A DNA stretch of 64,000 bases. It comes from Macrostomum lignano. Its lineage: Eukaryota. The notes beneath the pieces are model-generated. The model searched no databases. It saw nothing but the letters and a program-made list of their open reading frames with translations, and had not been told where the DNA came from. The position numbers were made by a program, and so were the translations under genes. Where the stretch lies: assembly GCA_002269645.1 (NCBI GenBank), contig NIVC01000137.1:496001-560000 (forward strand). Reading direction: 5' to 3'. Within the stretch, counting starts at the first letter, position 1; every line of letters starts with the position of its first letter. Shown here piece after piece: positions 62,971 to 64,000 of the stretch.

Positions 62971-63815
62971 CAGGGCGTTGCCACTCGGGGGAGGGGGGAC
63001 ACGGGCCGGGACTGGTTCCACCGGGAATGGCATGCCGGGATAAGGAGCATGCCAATGCTTTGTCCGCTCACCCAACCTTGTGACCCGCTATAAAAATCAA
63101 TAATTTTGCTTTAGGGTAAAAAATAAAGCGCATGCGGTGCCAAAATTATGAGTGTCTGCGGCGCCAGAATGAGTGTCTGCGGCGCCAGAATGAGTGTCTG
63201 CGGCACCAAAATGAGTGTCTGCCGCGCCAAAATGAGTGTCTGCGGCGCCAAAATGAGTGTCTGCGGCGCCAAAATGAGTGTCTGTAGCGCCAAAATGAGT
63301 GCCCGCAGCGCCAAAATAAGTGTCTGCGGCGCCAGAATGAGTGTCTGCGGCGCCAAAATGAGTGTCTGTAGCGCCAAAATGAGAGTCTGCGGCGCCAAAA
63401 TGAGTGTCTGCGGCGACAAAATGAGTGTCTGCTTGCGGCGCCAAAATGAGTGTCTGCTGCGCCAAAATGAGTGTCTGTAGCGCCAAAATTAGAGTCTGCG
63501 GCGCCAAAATGAGTGCCCGCAGCGCCAAAATGAGTGCCTGCTTGCGGCGCCAAAATGAGTGCCCGCAGCGCCAAAATGAGTGCCTGCTTGCGGCGCCAAA
63601 ATGAGTGCCCGCAGCGCCAAAATGAGTGCCTGCTTGCGGCGCCAAAATGAGTGCCTGCTTGCGGCGCCAAAAAGAGTGCCCGCTGCGCAAAAATGAGTGC
63701 CTGCGGCGCTAATAAAACGAGTGCTGACAACGCCAATTCTGAAAATAATGTACCTTGTACCTGTAGAATTCGTGGCTCTGTCACCCCCACCATAAAATCC
63801 ATAGCGACGCCTCTG
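62971..63815. mobile_element. hAT-type MITE related to 55768-56185 (opposite orientation), with an expanded internal minisatellite
   Basis: Right end reverse complement CAGAGGCGTCGCTATGGATTTTATGGTGGGGGT matches the left end of the 55768 element. Left end CAGGGCGTTGCC. The TSD is not preserved. Confidence 0.6.
63130..63710. repeat. 21-bp minisatellite (GAGTGTCTGCGGCGCCAAAAT)
   Basis: About 26 degenerate copies. Confidence 0.93.
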
Positions 63816-64000
63816 TAGTCGAGTATTCACATATGATCCTGAAAGCAGAACTATAAAAATAAAATAGAACAACTTTCGTAACTCTGACAGTGGCGTGCGA
63901 TGAAGTTTCTACAGTTCCGGAATTATAGACAGCTTTTTTTGACATCCCGAAATGTCGGTTAGGCAAATGTTATAGTGCATAGTTTAAACTTCATTCATGG

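Noticed and set aside
63097-63872. Several repetitive ORFs (ADTHFGA, QTLILAP)
   Set aside because: Translations of the 21-bp array inside a MITE.

Overview
Eukaryotic (animal) genomic DNA, not prokaryotic. It has spliceosomal introns, SINEs, LINE and DNA-transposon remnants, and a very high density of 16-75 bp minisatellites. This pattern suggests a free-living flatworm such as Macrostomum, but that is inference only. Gene models were assembled by hand from splice sites and reading-frame phase. They are: a 3-exon GT7 beta-1,4-Gal/GalNAc transferase (2793-6553,+); a secreted PAN-like + fibrinogen-domain lectin (11252-12272,-); a 5-exon CYP2-clan P450 (16016-24748,-) whose intron 2 holds a 3.8 kb hAT transposon with an 8-bp TSD; a 5-exon ATRX/XNP-type SNF2 remodeller with no visible ADD domain (27565-35782,-); a single-exon C-type lectin + PAN-like gene (54596-55309,-); and a 4-exon F-box gene with an in-frame TAA (57913-61393,+). 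The most unusual signal is at 38.3-44.1 kb (-). Two tandem ORFs there carry herpesvirus-tegument-like cysteine protease motifs (peptidase C76 / Herpes_teg_N: Q-C box and FDSH), and one is joined in phase by an intron to an uncharacterised upstream exon. Mobile DNA includes a Penelope remnant, a decayed RTE-like LINE split by a solo LTR, a Tc1/mariner fragment, three short hAT-type MITEs, two other inverted-repeat elements and two SINE families. Most introns contain their own tandem repeat.
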